Origin: Selaginella moellendorffii
Lineage: Eukaryota; Plantae; Lycopodiophyta
Length of the DNA: 64,000 nt
Assembly: GCF_000143415.4 (NCBI RefSeq)
Contig: NW_003314275.1
Location: 2,089,419-2,153,418, forward strand
Direction of reading: 5' to 3'
Both the position numbers and the translations under genes were made by a program. Every line of letters starts with the position of its first letter. Within the stretch, counting starts at the first letter, position 1. Below the pieces are notes generated by a model, which was not told the DNA's origin, made no database searches, and saw only the letters and a list, made by a program, of their open reading frames with translations. This document shows positions 62,277-64,000 of this stretch, piece by piece.

Positions 62277-64000
62277 ATGGCGGGCAGCGAGTGGCGGGGA
62301 GATTTCGTGAGTAGTGGGAGGATTCTAGCGATAGCGTCGATGGTTCTAACTCCTGATTCGATCGATCGTGCAGAGATTTGGCGGTAGAGCTGATGCGGTC
62401 AAATTCGAGAGCAAAAGCAAGCAGGATTGCCTGCGGCGGCGCCAGGTGATCAGTGAATTGCTCAAGAACAAGGAGAAGGAGAAGGAGAAAGAGAAGGAGC
62501 GATTGAATGGTAAGGAGAGCGGCCGTGATCGGGATCGCGGTTTCTTTGGCCCCAGCAGCAGCTCAAAACCTATACAAAGACCGCTCAAGCCTGTCAGACC
62601 TATCCCAAAGGTACGTTCTTCCATTGGCAGTGGCAACAATTTTTCTGGATTTGCTTTTCAGGCGAAACAAGAGTGTGTGAAGAAACTCAAGGATGCTCGC
62701 GATTTTACCTTCCTGTTTAACGAGGGTGGCAGTCCGGCGGCGCAGAAGCCTACCTCCAACGGGAGCTCTGGTACTTAAAACTTTCCTTACCTTTCTACTG
62801 TGTTTTATAAGAGTGCTTAGTTCACAATGTCAGGAGTAAAGCAAGCGAGGAACGTAAAGCTAGCGAACCTCGCAAAGCCGTGCAGAAGCCTCAGGAGCGT
62901 AAGGTGACGGAGGTGAAGGCTGGAAAACTTGCGCAGGAGATTTTGAAGAGCAATTCCTTGAAGCCGCCTGTTAAACTGGCTGGATCTACAGCTCCAAGGC
63001 CTTCGAGTGCTCCGAGTGCTCCTCCAAGTACATCAAAACCTACAGTGAAAGCATCCAAGCCAAGCAGACCGCCGGTAAAGGTAGACATCTATGGCTTTCT
63101 AGTTTTTCCTCTTCAATCTTACGGATCCATTACGCATTTGCAGCCGAAAGTAAATCCTCAGGAGGCAAAGAAGCTAAAAGAAGGGCGAGACTACAGTTTT
63201 TTGTTTGACGATGGCGGCGATTCAAAGCCTGGGAACGAGAGGCCCAATGGTATGTTTCACAAGCAGTGAAGATATTGATGGTGGATTTTTCAGGAAGCAA
63301 GGACATGCCACCGAGATCTTCGGAAAAAAAGGTTGTCAGTTCGAGTACAAAAATGTCCTCGAAGCCTGTACAGCCATCAGTTAAACCTCCGTCAAAACCC
63401 GCAACGACGGTAACAAAGACCACCGCGAAACCAGTCGATAGACGGCCTTTACCTGACAAAAGAGTACCAGATAAAAGGCCACTGTCAGAGAAAAGACCAA
63501 ATCAGCAACAAGGTGTGAAGCGCAAGCACGAAAGCGAGCCACCGGGGCCTTCGAAACAGGTACCACGAATCCTGGTTTTCTACTTCGCTAAAACCGTTTT
63601 GAAACAGAGTAAGCCTCTTGTAAGCCATTCCAAGCCACAGCCGAAGACCGCGATCACGAAAAATAAGTCCCTGATCGACCGCAGACATGCGTTTCGAGAC
63701 CTTTCTAGCGACAGCGACGAGGATGAGGAGAGGGGCATCGTCAAATTGCCAAAACAATTCCGGTATGCGAAGCTAACTTTCGTGGATTCCTTGCCACAAG
63801 TGATGTCTCTTCTGTTTCTTTTCAGGCTTTCAAGGCGTTACCAGGACGATGGATATGATTCCTCGGATTCTTCCAACATGGAAGTCGGGTTTAGTGCGAT
63901 CCAAGCGGAGGAAGCGCGAAGGTATGTATTCTTTGCTCTCGAGAAGAAGCGGTACTAAACTCCTCCTCCTTGTGTGAATCAGTGCTCGCATTGCTCGCCA
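62277..64000 (+). CDS. SPT2: SPT2 chromatin protein (runs off the window end)
   Basis: Basic low-complexity body; GFFGPS; two K.LK..RD[FY][TS]FL motifs; SPT2 core NMEVGFSAIQAEEAR|SARIAR. Confidence 0.8.

Overview
Eukaryotic plant genomic DNA. The short introns, PLS/DYW PPR genes, XLG, CVNH lectins and Cassandra TRIM point to a lycophyte such as Selaginella (inference). The left ~30 kb is a transposon nest. Its centrepiece is a complete 15.25-kb Mutator-like element (1918-17169; TIRs GAG...CTC, 8-bp TSD) inserted in a Sola2-like transposase relic. Besides its GCM/WRKY-DDE-SWIM transposase, the element carries a divergently transcribed, intron-containing, NLS-bearing gene that fuses a ParB/Srx-like (DGNHR) domain to a bacterial-type beta-class N4C/N6A DNA methyltransferase domain, plus small CxxC..HxxxC ORFs. 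This copy is inactivated by stops and two independent solo-LTR insertions. It is followed by a second, inverted and heavily C>T/G>A-mutated end of the same family, a young Cassandra TRIM, a decayed Helitron and an AT-rich bulb-lectin ORF. The right ~34 kb holds host genes (PPR, USP-kinase, XLG, PPR-DYW, CVNH, PGAP1, SPT2) around a 43-57 kb zone of pseudogene fragments and LTR-retrotransposon remnants. All calls come from reading motifs by eye; no database searches were run, and some exon boundaries are approximate.
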